Shown here: piece by piece, positions 31,508 to 39,251 of the stretch
How the letters are laid out: each line of letters starts with the position of its first letter
Numbering within the stretch: the first letter of the stretch is position 1
Source of the DNA: an uncultured virus (IMG/VR IMGVR_UViG_3300044630_007263)
Lineage: Duplodnaviria; Heunggongvirae; Uroviricota; Caudoviricetes
IMG/VR virus record: IMGVR_UViG_3300044630_007263
DNA: 64,000 bases
Strand: one strand, 5' to 3'
Translations under genes and position numbers: made by a program
The notes under the pieces: generated by a model
Databases searched by the model: none
What the model saw: the letters and a program-made list of their open reading frames with translations, nothing else
Told to the model about the DNA's origin: nothing

Positions 31508-31954
31508 ATGAAGAAGGTATTATTAGTTTTATCAACGCTTACTCTACTTTCATTTACTGAACCTTGTTATAAAGTAACAAGTGTTGTAGCAAGTGCAGAT
31601 GCGCCTGATATGAAAAAGGAAAGAGTAATTTTCGGTATTAAACAATTAGCCGAAGAAATCGTTTCAGAAAAATTTACAATTTGTAATGACGGTTCGCCAA
31701 TTACAGTAGACGTATTTTCAATTGAAGCTCCAACTACAGGAATTGCAATTGGACCCTTTACTGCAATTAAAAAGGAAACTATTATTAAAGTTAAAGTTAC
31801 CAAAGATGGTAAAGAATATATTGGAGAAGGTACTGCTAAAACAACAGTTAAATCTACCTTAATTGAATTAAAGGATGAGAACCTTCCATTTGAAAAAACA
31901 ACTTTCGCTAGCGCTATAAAGAAAAGTTTATTAGACGCAGTTAGCAAAATGTAA
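31508..31954 (+). CDS. Secreted hypothetical protein, possibly CsgG-like fold fragment
   Basis: Signal peptide; GEGTAKTTVK...FEKTTFASAIKKSL parallels C-terminus of 29086 protein. Confidence 0.55.
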   Translation: MKKVLLVLSTLTLLSFTEPCYKVTSVVASADAPDMKKERVIFGIKQLAEEIVSEKFTICNDGSPITVDVFSIEAPTTGIAIGPFTAIKKETIIKVKVTKDGKEYIGEGTAKTTVKSTLIELKDENLPFEKTTFASAIKKSLLDAVSKM

Positions 31955-31956
31955 TT

Positions 31957-34251
31957 ATGTTTAAAAGAGCTCTCATATTACTAAGTATTATTTGGTTAGC
32001 ACCAACTTTGGTAAATGCCCAAGCAACATCTGTTAGTTTGGGAGGAAGCTCTTCGACTCTATCTGTTAGTTATAATACTTGGACAAAGGTTGATCCAAAC
32101 GTAGCGGTAACTGCAAATGGAACAATTACTGGATTTAGGGTTCAGATATCTCAAGCCTATACAAGTGGTGCAAGTGGAGATCAATTAAGATCAACTGCAA
32201 CTCTTCCATCAGGTGTAAGTGTTTCAGCGTTTAACACAACAACTGGAATTTTAGTATTTAATGGTACAGCGAGCGCAGCTGATTGGCAAACCGTTTTAAG
32301 AGGAGTAGAGTTTAAATCCACTACTGCAACCTGTTATGCTCTCCAAAGACGTGTAACATTTGTTGCAGGTACAGTATTTTATAATCCTCTAACTGAGCAC
32401 TTCTATGAATACGTTTCATCAAGCGGTTCATGGACAGCGGCTAAAACTTCTGCCTCCAATCGATCGTATTTTGGTAGAGCTGGTTATCTTGCAACAATGA
32501 TGTCAGAGGCTGAGAACAATTTTATTTGGAAGTTAATGTCATCAGACGGTTGGTTTGGTGGATCCGATGAAGTCAGTGAAGTTAATACAGCAAAAGGTAC
32601 AACTGCATTTGCTTCACAAGCTGCAGTAGAACAAAAATGGCACTGGGTAACTGGGCCAGAAAAAGGAACTCAATTTTCAAATTCATCAACTGCAGTAACT
32701 GGACAATATGCCAAATGGGCAGGAGGAGAACCGAACAATGCTGGAGGCGAACACTATGCACAATTTTATTCGGCAAATAGCGGATCATGGAATGACTTAC
32801 CAAATACAAGCTTACCGGGTTATATTTGTGAATACGGAGATATGCCAGGAGATATAACTTCAAGCGTAACTATCTCAACTAGAAATATTGAAATCAGTGG
32901 AGCATCAAGTGGTTGGATATCAGGTGGAAATCTTAATGTATGTTCTGGCTCAAACAGTACAACCTTAACCTTAAACAATTACACAGGAAGTATAGTTAGA
33001 TGGGAATCTTCATTTGATAACTTCTTTACAGCTGGAACAACTATAACAAGTACTTCCTCTAGTATAACCGTAACTAACTTAACTAAAACCACTTATTATA
33101 GAGCAATTATAAATTCAACTAGTCCAACTTCATGTACTGGCCTTGCAACTTCAAGTGTTTTTTTATCGGTTAAGCCAACTAATGCAGGAACAATATTTGC
33201 AGCAAACAATTCAATTTGTTCAGGTGGACAGGCTGAACTTACCCTTTCCGGTCAACAAGGAAATATTAATAAATGGCAGAGATCCACAGATAATGTTAAC
33301 TGGACTGACATTTCAAATACTACTGCCAGTTTAAATCAAACACTTACTACAGCTGGAACTTATTATTATCGAGTTGAAGTACAAACGCCAAACTGCGGAG
33401 GCGCGGTACTGTCTACTGCAAAAACAATTACTGTAACTTCAGGAACTCCACCAGTTGGAGGATCAGTTTCATCTGCTGTGCATGCAACTTCAACTAACTC
33501 AGGTACCTTAACTCTAAGCGGTTACACTGGAACTATTGTTAAATGGCAGCGTTCAATTAATGATGGAGTAACTTGGTCAGATATTACAAATACCTCTGCT
33601 ACTAATTCATATTCAAATCAAACTGATGGAGTTTTGTATAGAGCTCAATTACAAAATGGAACTTGTGGATTTACCTTTTCAAGCGCTGGAATGATTATAG
33701 TTGCTCCATTTACACAAACTGGAAATGTGTATAATTCTGAAGGAGTTGGTATCGCAAATATTTCAATTCAGCTTTATTCAAAACCAAAATCCGATTCAAA
33801 TTATAATCTACTTAGTTCAAGTACAACTAATTCAAGTGGAGCGTATTCTTTTTCGACCCAATTGAGTGCAAATAAAAATGATTTTAGAATAGTTATTGGT
33901 TCTATTACTGTAGATAATCCAACCTCAACTGATGCTCAATCATTTACTCAAAAAGTTTTAAGTCAATCATTTAATTCAAAGGATTATTATAGAATGGATG
34001 CGAATGGAAATTCAACTCTATCAATAACGGATATTTTTCTAGTTTATTCTAAAGCAAATTCTAATCTTTCAGCTTGGCCAAACTCAACTCCAGCTTACAG
34101 AATATTTAAAGCTAGCGATTGGACTCCTATTAATAATGGAACTACTAACTTAACTTCAACCTATCCTGGTTTACAGGTGCTAACCGTCGATGCTCTTGTA
34201 TCTGGCTCAACTACTAATTTTTATCTAGTCAGAACTGGATTTCGCCAGTAA
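31957..34251 (+). CDS. Secreted C-type lectin / Ig-like repeat / dockerin-like protein
   Basis: GYLAT...WAGGEPNN...WND...YICEY; repeated KWQRS modules; MDANGNSTLSITDIF. Confidence 0.75.
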   Translation: MFKRALILLSIIWLAPTLVNAQATSVSLGGSSSTLSVSYNTWTKVDPNVAVTANGTITGFRVQISQAYTSGASGDQLRSTATLPSGVSVSAFNTTTGILVFNGTASAADWQTVLRGVEFKSTTATCYALQRRVTFVAGTVFYNPLTEHFYEYVSSSGSWTAAKTSASNRSYFGRAGYLATMMSEAENNFIWKLMSSDGWFGGSDEVSEVNTAKGTTAFASQAAVEQKWHWVTGPEKGTQFSNSSTAVTGQYAKWAGGEPNNAGGEHYAQFYSANSGSWNDLPNTSLPGYICEYGDMPGDITSSVTISTRNIEISGASSGWISGGNLNVCSGSNSTTLTLNNYTGSIVRWESSFDNFFTAGTTITSTSSSITVTNLTKTTYYRAIINSTSPTSCTGLATSSVFLSVKPTNAGTIFAANNSICSGGQAELTLSGQQGNINKWQRSTDNVNWTDISNTTASLNQTLTTAGTYYYRVEVQTPNCGGAVLSTAKTITVTSGTPPVGGSVSSAVHATSTNSGTLTLSGYTGTIVKWQRSINDGVTWSDITNTSATNSYSNQTDGVLYRAQLQNGTCGFTFSSAGMIIVAPFTQTGNVYNSEGVGIANISIQLYSKPKSDSNYNLLSSSTTNSSGAYSFSTQLSANKNDFRIVIGSITVDNPTSTDAQSFTQKVLSQSFNSKDYYRMDANGNSTLSITDIFLVYSKANSNLSAWPNSTPAYRIFKASDWTPINNGTTNLTSTYPGLQVLTVDALVSGSTTNFYLVRTGFRQ

Positions 34252-34296
34252 TCCAATTTCTATTTCATAGTATAATAGCTAAAATAATCAATCGTC

Positions 34297-34524
34297 ATGA
34301 TAGATTTAAAGGAAGTGTCAATTGCCTGGTTTAGGTCGTTTAATCCAACTCCAGAACAAAAAGAAACTGCTGACGAAAGACTTGCAATTTGTCAAGCCTG
34401 TCCTGAAGCAAAGGTTAATCAATTAAATATTCACTATTGCGGAGCATGCGGCTGTCCACTAAGTAAGAAAATATTTTCACCTAAGGGTCCAAGCGCATGT
34501 CCTCAGCAAAAATGGCCTCACTAA
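34297..34524 (+). CDS. Small Cys-rich protein
   Basis: RLAICQACP...CGACGC...CP..KW. Confidence 0.7.
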   Translation: MIDLKEVSIAWFRSFNPTPEQKETADERLAICQACPEAKVNQLNIHYCGACGCPLSKKIFSPKGPSACPQQKWPH

Positions 34525-34541
34525 GGGTATATTAATATCAA

Positions 34542-34769
34542 ATGGCAAAGTTAAACCTAAAGTTATTTAAAGAAACAATGGACGAGTTTAAAGACAAGAT
34601 CGAAAATGATCCATTCCGAGCTGGTGCAGTTTTACGTGAACAATATCCAGACGAAATATCTGAAATGTTAGAATTGCTATTTTGGGCAAAGGGTGCTAGG
34701 GAAGTAACATTTAAAGTTTCCAAAGACTCAGATGACCTACTTAAAGTTGAAATCTTAAATAGAAAATAA
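34542..34769 (+). CDS. Hypothetical protein
   Basis: ORF track. Confidence 0.6.
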   Translation: MAKLNLKLFKETMDEFKDKIENDPFRAGAVLREQYPDEISEMLELLFWAKGAREVTFKVSKDSDDLLKVEILNRK

Positions 34770-34770
34770 A

Positions 34771-35052
34771 ATGCCAGAATTTTACACAGAAGCCGAATTA
34801 GATATCGATCCATCAGAGTATTGGAGCGAATGTTCAAACAGAGAAAAAGAAGAGTTAGCCGACTTTGCAATTGAAGATGGCTATGCTCAAGCAAATGGCC
34901 CGGTCTCGCCAAATAATTTATTCGCTAGTTCAACCTATACCGAAAATGAATTGGCTAAATTGTTAATTGATATTTGGGAAAGTCGAACTTGGTTTAGTAT
35001 AAAAGAAATTGATGAATTGCGTCAGCAATTAAGAGAAAATAAAAAGATATGA
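34771..35052 (+). CDS. Hypothetical protein
   Basis: ORF track. Confidence 0.6.
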   Translation: MPEFYTEAELDIDPSEYWSECSNREKEELADFAIEDGYAQANGPVSPNNLFASSTYTENELAKLLIDIWESRTWFSIKEIDELRQQLRENKKI

Positions 35053-35501
35053 TTAGAATTTATTTAGACGATGTCCGAACTCCAGTTGGAACTGACTGGG
35101 TTGTAGTTAGAAATTATGAAGAATTTGTAAGCCTAGTTAAGGAAACAGGTTTAGCAAATATTGAAGTAATTTCTCTTGACCATGACTTAGGGGATTCTGC
35201 CATGAGTGAGTACTTCAATAATGTAAGCCCTAATTATATTTTAGATTATACTCACATTAATGAGAAAACTGGATATGACTGTGCTAAATGGTTAGTTGAC
35301 CAGTTTTATAATGAGAATCCAAAGTGGATCGACTTGGCGAGAGATGTAAAACGCGGAAAGCCTTTTCCATTTCCACTGGTCTATACTCACTCAGCAAATC
35401 CAATTGGAAGTGCCAATATTATGGGGTATATTAATAACTTCTTAATGAACGAAGCCCAACCTCAAACTTGTGTAAGGGTAATGATTGAACACACAGCATA
35501 A
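35049..35501 (+). CDS. Cyclic-phosphate-processing receiver-like domain protein
   Basis: IYLDDVR, ISLDHDLG, TGYD, HSANPIG. Confidence 0.75.
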   Translation: MIRIYLDDVRTPVGTDWVVVRNYEEFVSLVKETGLANIEVISLDHDLGDSAMSEYFNNVSPNYILDYTHINEKTGYDCAKWLVDQFYNENPKWIDLARDVKRGKPFPFPLVYTHSANPIGSANIMGYINNFLMNEAQPQTCVRVMIEHTA

Positions 35502-35676
35502 AAATTAACCAAAGTCAAAAGCTCTGAACTGACCATTAGATTGGAGGTTCTAAGTATACTAGAAGGCAGGTGAAGCCCCTGAAGGTTAATTTTTAAATTT
35601 TTTAAATAAAAGTGCTAATTGTCAAAAACTTTTTGTATATTAGCTAATATAAATAACTATACAAATAACAAAAGTG

Positions 35677-35775
35677 ATGCAAACACAAATGAACCATATT
35701 ACCGAGAATTGCTTTAGCCAAGTAGCGTATGCGAAGTGGACAGGCAATGATCGTGCAACAGGGTTCAGGAGTTGA
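35677..35775 (+). CDS. Putative attenuator leader peptide (32 aa, not in ORF track)
   Basis: MQTQMNHITENCFSQVAYAKWTGNDRATGFRS; 3' codons overlap the antiterminator strand. Confidence 0.65.
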   Translation: MQTQMNHITENCFSQVAYAKWTGNDRATGFRS

Positions 35776-35845
35776 TAGGTATTATAAAGTTAGTAGCTAT
35801 AGAAACACTGAGCCCGAACCCAAAAAGTTCGGGTTTTTTATTTTT
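35761..35845 (+). promoter_or_regulatory. Transcription attenuator (alternative antiterminator/terminator)
   Basis: GGGTTCAG (35761-68) can pair with CTGAGCCC (35808-15), which overlaps terminator AGCCCGAAC/GTTCGGGTT plus T tract. Confidence 0.7.
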
Positions 35846-35854
35846 ATAGAATAG

Positions 35855-35877
35855 GTTCTTTGACATGTTGGAAAGTA
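35855..35877 (+). promoter_or_regulatory. boxA-like antitermination element
   Basis: GTTCTTTGACATGTTGGAAAGTA, near-repeated at 38290. Confidence 0.6.
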
Positions 35878-35880
35878 TTT

Positions 35881-35953
35881 GGACAGGTAGCTCAGTAGGT
35901 AGAGCACAGGACTGAAAATCCTGGTGTCGGCGGTTCGATCCCGCCCCTGTCCA
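35881..35953 (+). tRNA. tRNA-Phe(GAA)
   Basis: Cloverleaf, loop CTGAAAA. Confidence 0.95.
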
Positions 35954-36029
35954 CGGAGTCCCGAATTAACGGGGTACCCCCACTCCCATATGGCAGCCAG
36001 TCCGTTAAGCTGGTGAAGTGGGGTTTTAT

Positions 36030-36106
36030 GGTAGTTATAGTGTTAATGGTTAGCACGTCAGATTGTGGTTCTGCTAGTATGGGTTCGAATCCCATTAATT
36101 ACCCCA
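36030..36106 (+). tRNA. tRNA-His(GTG)
   Basis: Cloverleaf, G-1:C73, encoded CCA. Confidence 0.9.
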
Positions 36107-36108
36107 TC

Positions 36109-36193
36109 GGAAGTTTGTCAGAGTGGTCTATTGTGCAGCTTTGCTAAAGCTGTGGATGTCAAAGTCCCGAAGGTTCGAATCCTTCAGCTTCCG
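36109..36193 (+). tRNA. tRNA-Ser(GCT)
   Basis: Long variable arm, G73. Confidence 0.9.
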
Positions 36194-36214
36194 CTAATTA
36201 AAAAATAAAATGAT

Positions 36215-36643
36215 ATGGAAAATATCGATAAGGAGTTTATAAAACTCAAAATACAGAAACAGTTAGAACACGAACGGGAAGAACGTGTTAAAAGAATTAA
36301 GGAATATTGGGAAACTGAAACTACTCCATTTAAGGAGCCACACGAAGTTCCAACTATTCCAAGAGCAGAACCAGAAGAATATAAAAACTTCTATGTTCCT
36401 AAACTTATACAAAGAGGAGCGATTCCAAAACGCGACCTGATCCATGGTCAAGTTTATATTGGCGACACTCGTAATGCCACCACAGCTAAATGGAATGCTG
36501 AGAAGCAGGAATTTGAATATTGGAGATATAAGTTCGGTAACACTTATATTGATACCTGCAATCATTTTGAAGATGATAATGGTTTCGCCCTCTTTGTTCC
36601 TATTAGATTAGGCGAAGAAAAAGATTGGAAAAAAGTTGATTAA
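36215..36643 (+). CDS. Hypothetical phage protein
   Basis: ORF within tRNA array. Confidence 0.7.
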   Translation: MENIDKEFIKLKIQKQLEHEREERVKRIKEYWETETTPFKEPHEVPTIPRAEPEEYKNFYVPKLIQRGAIPKRDLIHGQVYIGDTRNATTAKWNAEKQEFEYWRYKFGNTYIDTCNHFEDDNGFALFVPIRLGEEKDWKKVD

Positions 36644-36649
36644 AAATTT

Positions 36650-36679
36650 TTTAGTGTCAAATATTTGTTTTATATTTGC
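36650..36679 (+). promoter_or_regulatory. Bacteroidota housekeeping-type promoter (-7 TAnnTTTG)
   Basis: TATATTTG 36671-36678 just upstream of tRNA-Ile. Confidence 0.55.
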
Positions 36680-36690
36680 TCTAATTCAAT

Positions 36691-36764
36691 CGAACTGTAG
36701 CTCAGTTGGTTAGAGCACTCGCCTGATACGCGAGTGGTCGATGGTTCGAGTCCATCCAGTTCGA
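36691..36764 (+). tRNA. tRNA-Ile(GAT)
   Basis: Cloverleaf. Confidence 0.92.
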
Positions 36765-36861
36765 CATACTGGTTTTTGATACTGCTTTACCGTTAGGAAC
36801 GGCTATTCGCCAGAACAGAATACAAGGGAAGTATGACAGATGTGGAGAGACACATAGTTTT

Positions 36862-36933
36862 AGTCGATTAGTTCAATGGATAGAACACTTGACTACGGAT
36901 CAAGAGGTAAGGGTTCGAGTCCTTTATTGACTA
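36862..36933 (+). tRNA. tRNA-Arg(ACG)
   Basis: Cloverleaf. Confidence 0.92.
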
Positions 36934-36940
36934 CATATAA

Positions 36941-37010
36941 GTACAGGATGATCGTGGTGGTCGGATGGTCTGCAAAACTATTGGTGTTGGTTCGATTCCA
37001 ACCTTGTACT
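36941..37010 (+). tRNA. tRNA-Cys(GCA)
   Basis: Cloverleaf with short atypical D-arm; U73. Confidence 0.8.
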
Positions 37011-37018
37011 CAACATAC

Positions 37019-37092
37019 ACGTCTGTGGTGAAATGGTATCATGTCGGTCTCCAAAACCGCTGTTAGAGGTTCGAATCCTTTCAGGCGTGCCA
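37019..37092 (+). tRNA. tRNA-Trp(CCA)
   Basis: Cloverleaf, encoded CCA. Confidence 0.9.
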
Positions 37093-37095
37093 AAA

Positions 37096-37170
37096 GTCTC
37101 AGTAGCTCAGTGGTAGAGCAAGCGGCTGTTAACCGCTAGGTCGTAGGTTCGAATCCTTCCTGGGACGCCA
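37096..37170 (+). tRNA. tRNA-Asn(GTT)
   Basis: Cloverleaf, encoded CCA. Confidence 0.95.
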
Positions 37171-37174
37171 ATAT

Positions 37175-37249
37175 TGCGGGATGCGTAGAAAGTGGCTATC
37201 TCGTCAGTCTCATAAGCTGAAGTTCTGGGTTCGAGTCCCAGTCCCGCAA
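37175..37249 (+). tRNA. tRNA-Met(CAT), elongator (identity uncertain)
   Basis: CTCATAA loop; irregular D-arm. Confidence 0.75.
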
Positions 37250-37254
37250 CAAAT

Positions 37255-37328
37255 GATCTCGTAGCTCAGTTGGTTAGAGCACCTCACTTTTAATGAGGGA
37301 GTCAATGGTTCGAGTCCATTCGGGATCA
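37255..37328 (+). tRNA. tRNA-Lys(TTT)
   Basis: Cloverleaf. Confidence 0.95.
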
Positions 37329-37417
37329 CAAGGAGTTTCAATCTCAAGTGCTGGTTAGTTTAAAGACTGTCAGATGAGCCCATCAAAATTGATGACAATA
37401 CGGAAAGACGTATATAT

Positions 37418-37492
37418 GCTTTCTTAGCTCAGCTGGTTCAGAGCGCCTCGTTTACACCGAGGAGGTCACAGGTTCGAACCCTGTAGAAAGCA
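37418..37492 (+). tRNA. tRNA-Val(TAC)
   Basis: Cloverleaf. Confidence 0.95.
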
Positions 37493-37523
37493 CATAGTAT
37501 AACTAAATTAGTATAATAATTGT

Positions 37524-38195
37524 ATGAGAAACGAATTTGAAAAATACGCGATGAGTAAGCATGGCATTTCTTCATTGAATATGCACTACCATCAAAAGCA
37601 GATTGAGTCGTCAATGACTCCTTATATTTTAGAAGAGCGCGAATTACGTGCAACTCAAATGGATATTTTTTCCAGATTAATGATGGAAAGACTAATTTGG
37701 GTAGCAGGTCCAGTCAACGATCATATGTCGACTATTGTGCAAGCTCAGCTAATGTTTTTGGATTCAGTTGATGGATTAGATATTACTATGCATATTGATA
37801 GTCCAGGTGGAAGTGTTAAGAGCGGCTTATCAATGGTTGATGTAATGGATTATATTAACTGTGATATCAGAACAGTTAATACTGGAATGGCTGCATCAAT
37901 GGGATCAGTGTTGTTAGGAGCTGGCACAAAAGGAAAGCGGAGCTCACTAAAACACTCAACTACAATGTTGCATCAATCTTCAGGAGGTTTCAGTGGAAAT
38001 ATCCAAGATGCTGAAATTGATTGGAAAGAGTGGCAAAAAGTAAATGACGAGCTATTTGTTTTACTTGGTGGATATTGTGATAAAGATCCAGAACAAGTTA
38101 AAGCAGATGCAACTAGAGACTTTTGGCTTAGTGCTGAAGAAGCAAAGGCATATGGAATTATCGATGAGGTAATTTCTAAAAAGCCTAGAAAATAG
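37524..38195 (+). CDS. clpP: ClpP protease subunit
   Basis: DIFSRL, IDSPGGSV, GMAASMGS, MLHQ, RDFWLSAEEAKAYGIID. Confidence 0.95.
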   Translation: MRNEFEKYAMSKHGISSLNMHYHQKQIESSMTPYILEERELRATQMDIFSRLMMERLIWVAGPVNDHMSTIVQAQLMFLDSVDGLDITMHIDSPGGSVKSGLSMVDVMDYINCDIRTVNTGMAASMGSVLLGAGTKGKRSSLKHSTTMLHQSSGGFSGNIQDAEIDWKEWQKVNDELFVLLGGYCDKDPEQVKADATRDFWLSAEEAKAYGIIDEVISKKPRK

Positions 38196-38201
38196 AATAA
38201 T

Positions 38202-38283
38202 GCCTGTATCGCATAGCGGCAATTGCGGCTGACTGTAAATCAGCTCCCTTACGGGTTCGGTGGTTCGAGTCCATCTGCAGGCA
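38202..38283 (+). tRNA. tRNA-Tyr(GTA)
   Basis: Long variable arm. Confidence 0.93.
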
Positions 38284-38289
38284 CAAATT

Positions 38290-38312
38290 GGTCTTTGACG
38301 TATTGGAAAGTA
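38290..38312 (+). promoter_or_regulatory. boxA-like antitermination element
   Basis: GGTCTTTGACGTATTGGAAAGTA. Confidence 0.55.
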
Positions 38313-38315
38313 TAC

Positions 38316-38386
38316 TGTCCTGTGGTGTAACGGCAGCACATCTGGTTTTGGTCCAGATAATCGAGGTTCGAATCCTTGCGGGACAA
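38316..38386 (+). tRNA. tRNA-Gln(TTG)
   Basis: Cloverleaf. Confidence 0.93.
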
Positions 38387-38505
38387 CAAAGGGGCTAGTG
38401 GAAGCCCAAGAGTAGACGATGAGTCTATGTCCACAATGATGAAGAGAACCCTTAATTTATCAGAAGGTTGCTGTAAATTAAGTAGACGTCATACTTCATC
38501 TATTT

Positions 38506-38578
38506 GCCTCCTTAGCTCAGCTGGTAGAGCAACTGATTTGTAATCAGTAGGTCGTTGGTTCGATTCCGACAGGAGGCT
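38506..38578 (+). tRNA. tRNA-Thr(TGT)
   Basis: Cloverleaf. Confidence 0.95.
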
Positions 38579-38623
38579 CAATGCAATTATTAGCTTGTTT
38601 ATAGTATAATAATTACAGTAAAC

Positions 38624-38697
38624 GGGGATGTAGCTCAGTTGGCTAGAGCATCTGCCTTGCACGCAGAGGGTCGCAGGTTCGATTCCTGTCATCTCCA
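38624..38697 (+). tRNA. tRNA-Ala(TGC)
   Basis: Cloverleaf, G3:U70. Confidence 0.95.
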
Positions 38698-38700
38698 CTA

Positions 38701-38886
38701 CAAATCTTACATAAGACGGATTAGCACCGTTGAAAGAGACCTTGGCTTCGTGGGAGTAGCTACCCAATGAAGTATACATGACCCAAGGTATTATGTGATG
38801 GACCCTGCTCTTTGGTGCACTCAAAACAGGTGAACAGTAAACTATGTTCAATCAAATCCACAAGCATGGTGAGCATGCAAGATTTG
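38701..38886 (+). ncRNA. Unassigned structured RNA (~186 nt)
   Basis: Ends pair (CAAATCTT/AAGATTTG); several internal hairpins. Confidence 0.45.
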
Positions 38887-38891
38887 TCCTT

Positions 38892-38963
38892 GGCCCGTTA
38901 GTCTATCGGTTAGGACACGCCCCTTTCACGGGTGAGAGACGAGTTCGATTCTCGTACGGGCTA
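38892..38963 (+). tRNA. tRNA-Glu(TTC)
   Basis: Cloverleaf. Confidence 0.93.
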
Positions 38964-39066
38964 CGCTTTACCGAATAAGTTAGCAGCGTAAACAATTGAC
39001 GGAACGCTGTAAGCTGAGAAGCTTTGAAGAGCTGAAGTTTAGTAACCTCTTCTGAAATATCTAAAT

Positions 39067-39140
39067 GGTCTGTCGGTCCAGTTGGAGTGGACGCCTGCCT
39101 GTCACGTAGGAGATCACGGGTTCGAGTCCCGTACGGACCG
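39067..39140 (+). tRNA. tRNA-Asp(GTC)
   Basis: Cloverleaf. Confidence 0.92.
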
Positions 39141-39145
39141 CAAAT

Positions 39146-39251
39146 AGTCATAAATTCATTGGTTGAAGGGCACCTCCCCAAGGTTGAGATTAACTGCTAA
39201 TGGCACTCTTTATGGTAAAGCCTGTAATTGGTTCGAATCCAATTATGACTA
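39146..39251 (+). ncRNA. tRNA-like RNA with expanded anticodon domain
   Basis: Acceptor AGTCATA/TATGACT and T-arm ATTGG-TTCGAAT-CCAAT; no 7-nt anticodon loop. Confidence 0.65.

Noticed and set aside
12520..34251. Bacterial chromosome origin for the host-like genes
   Set aside because: They are interleaved with T4-type topoisomerase genes, late-promoter motifs and dense small phage-type ORFs; no ribosomal or core cellular operons are present.
35955..36025. Theta (HDV-like) ribozyme after tRNA-Phe
   Set aside because: Could not fit P3/L3, P1.1 and the catalytic J4/2 by eye; kept only as an unassigned structure.
38964..39065. Hammerhead ribozyme in the Glu-Asp spacer
   Set aside because: CTGAGAA and GAAG deviate from the CUGANGA/GAAA core and stems I/III were not evident.
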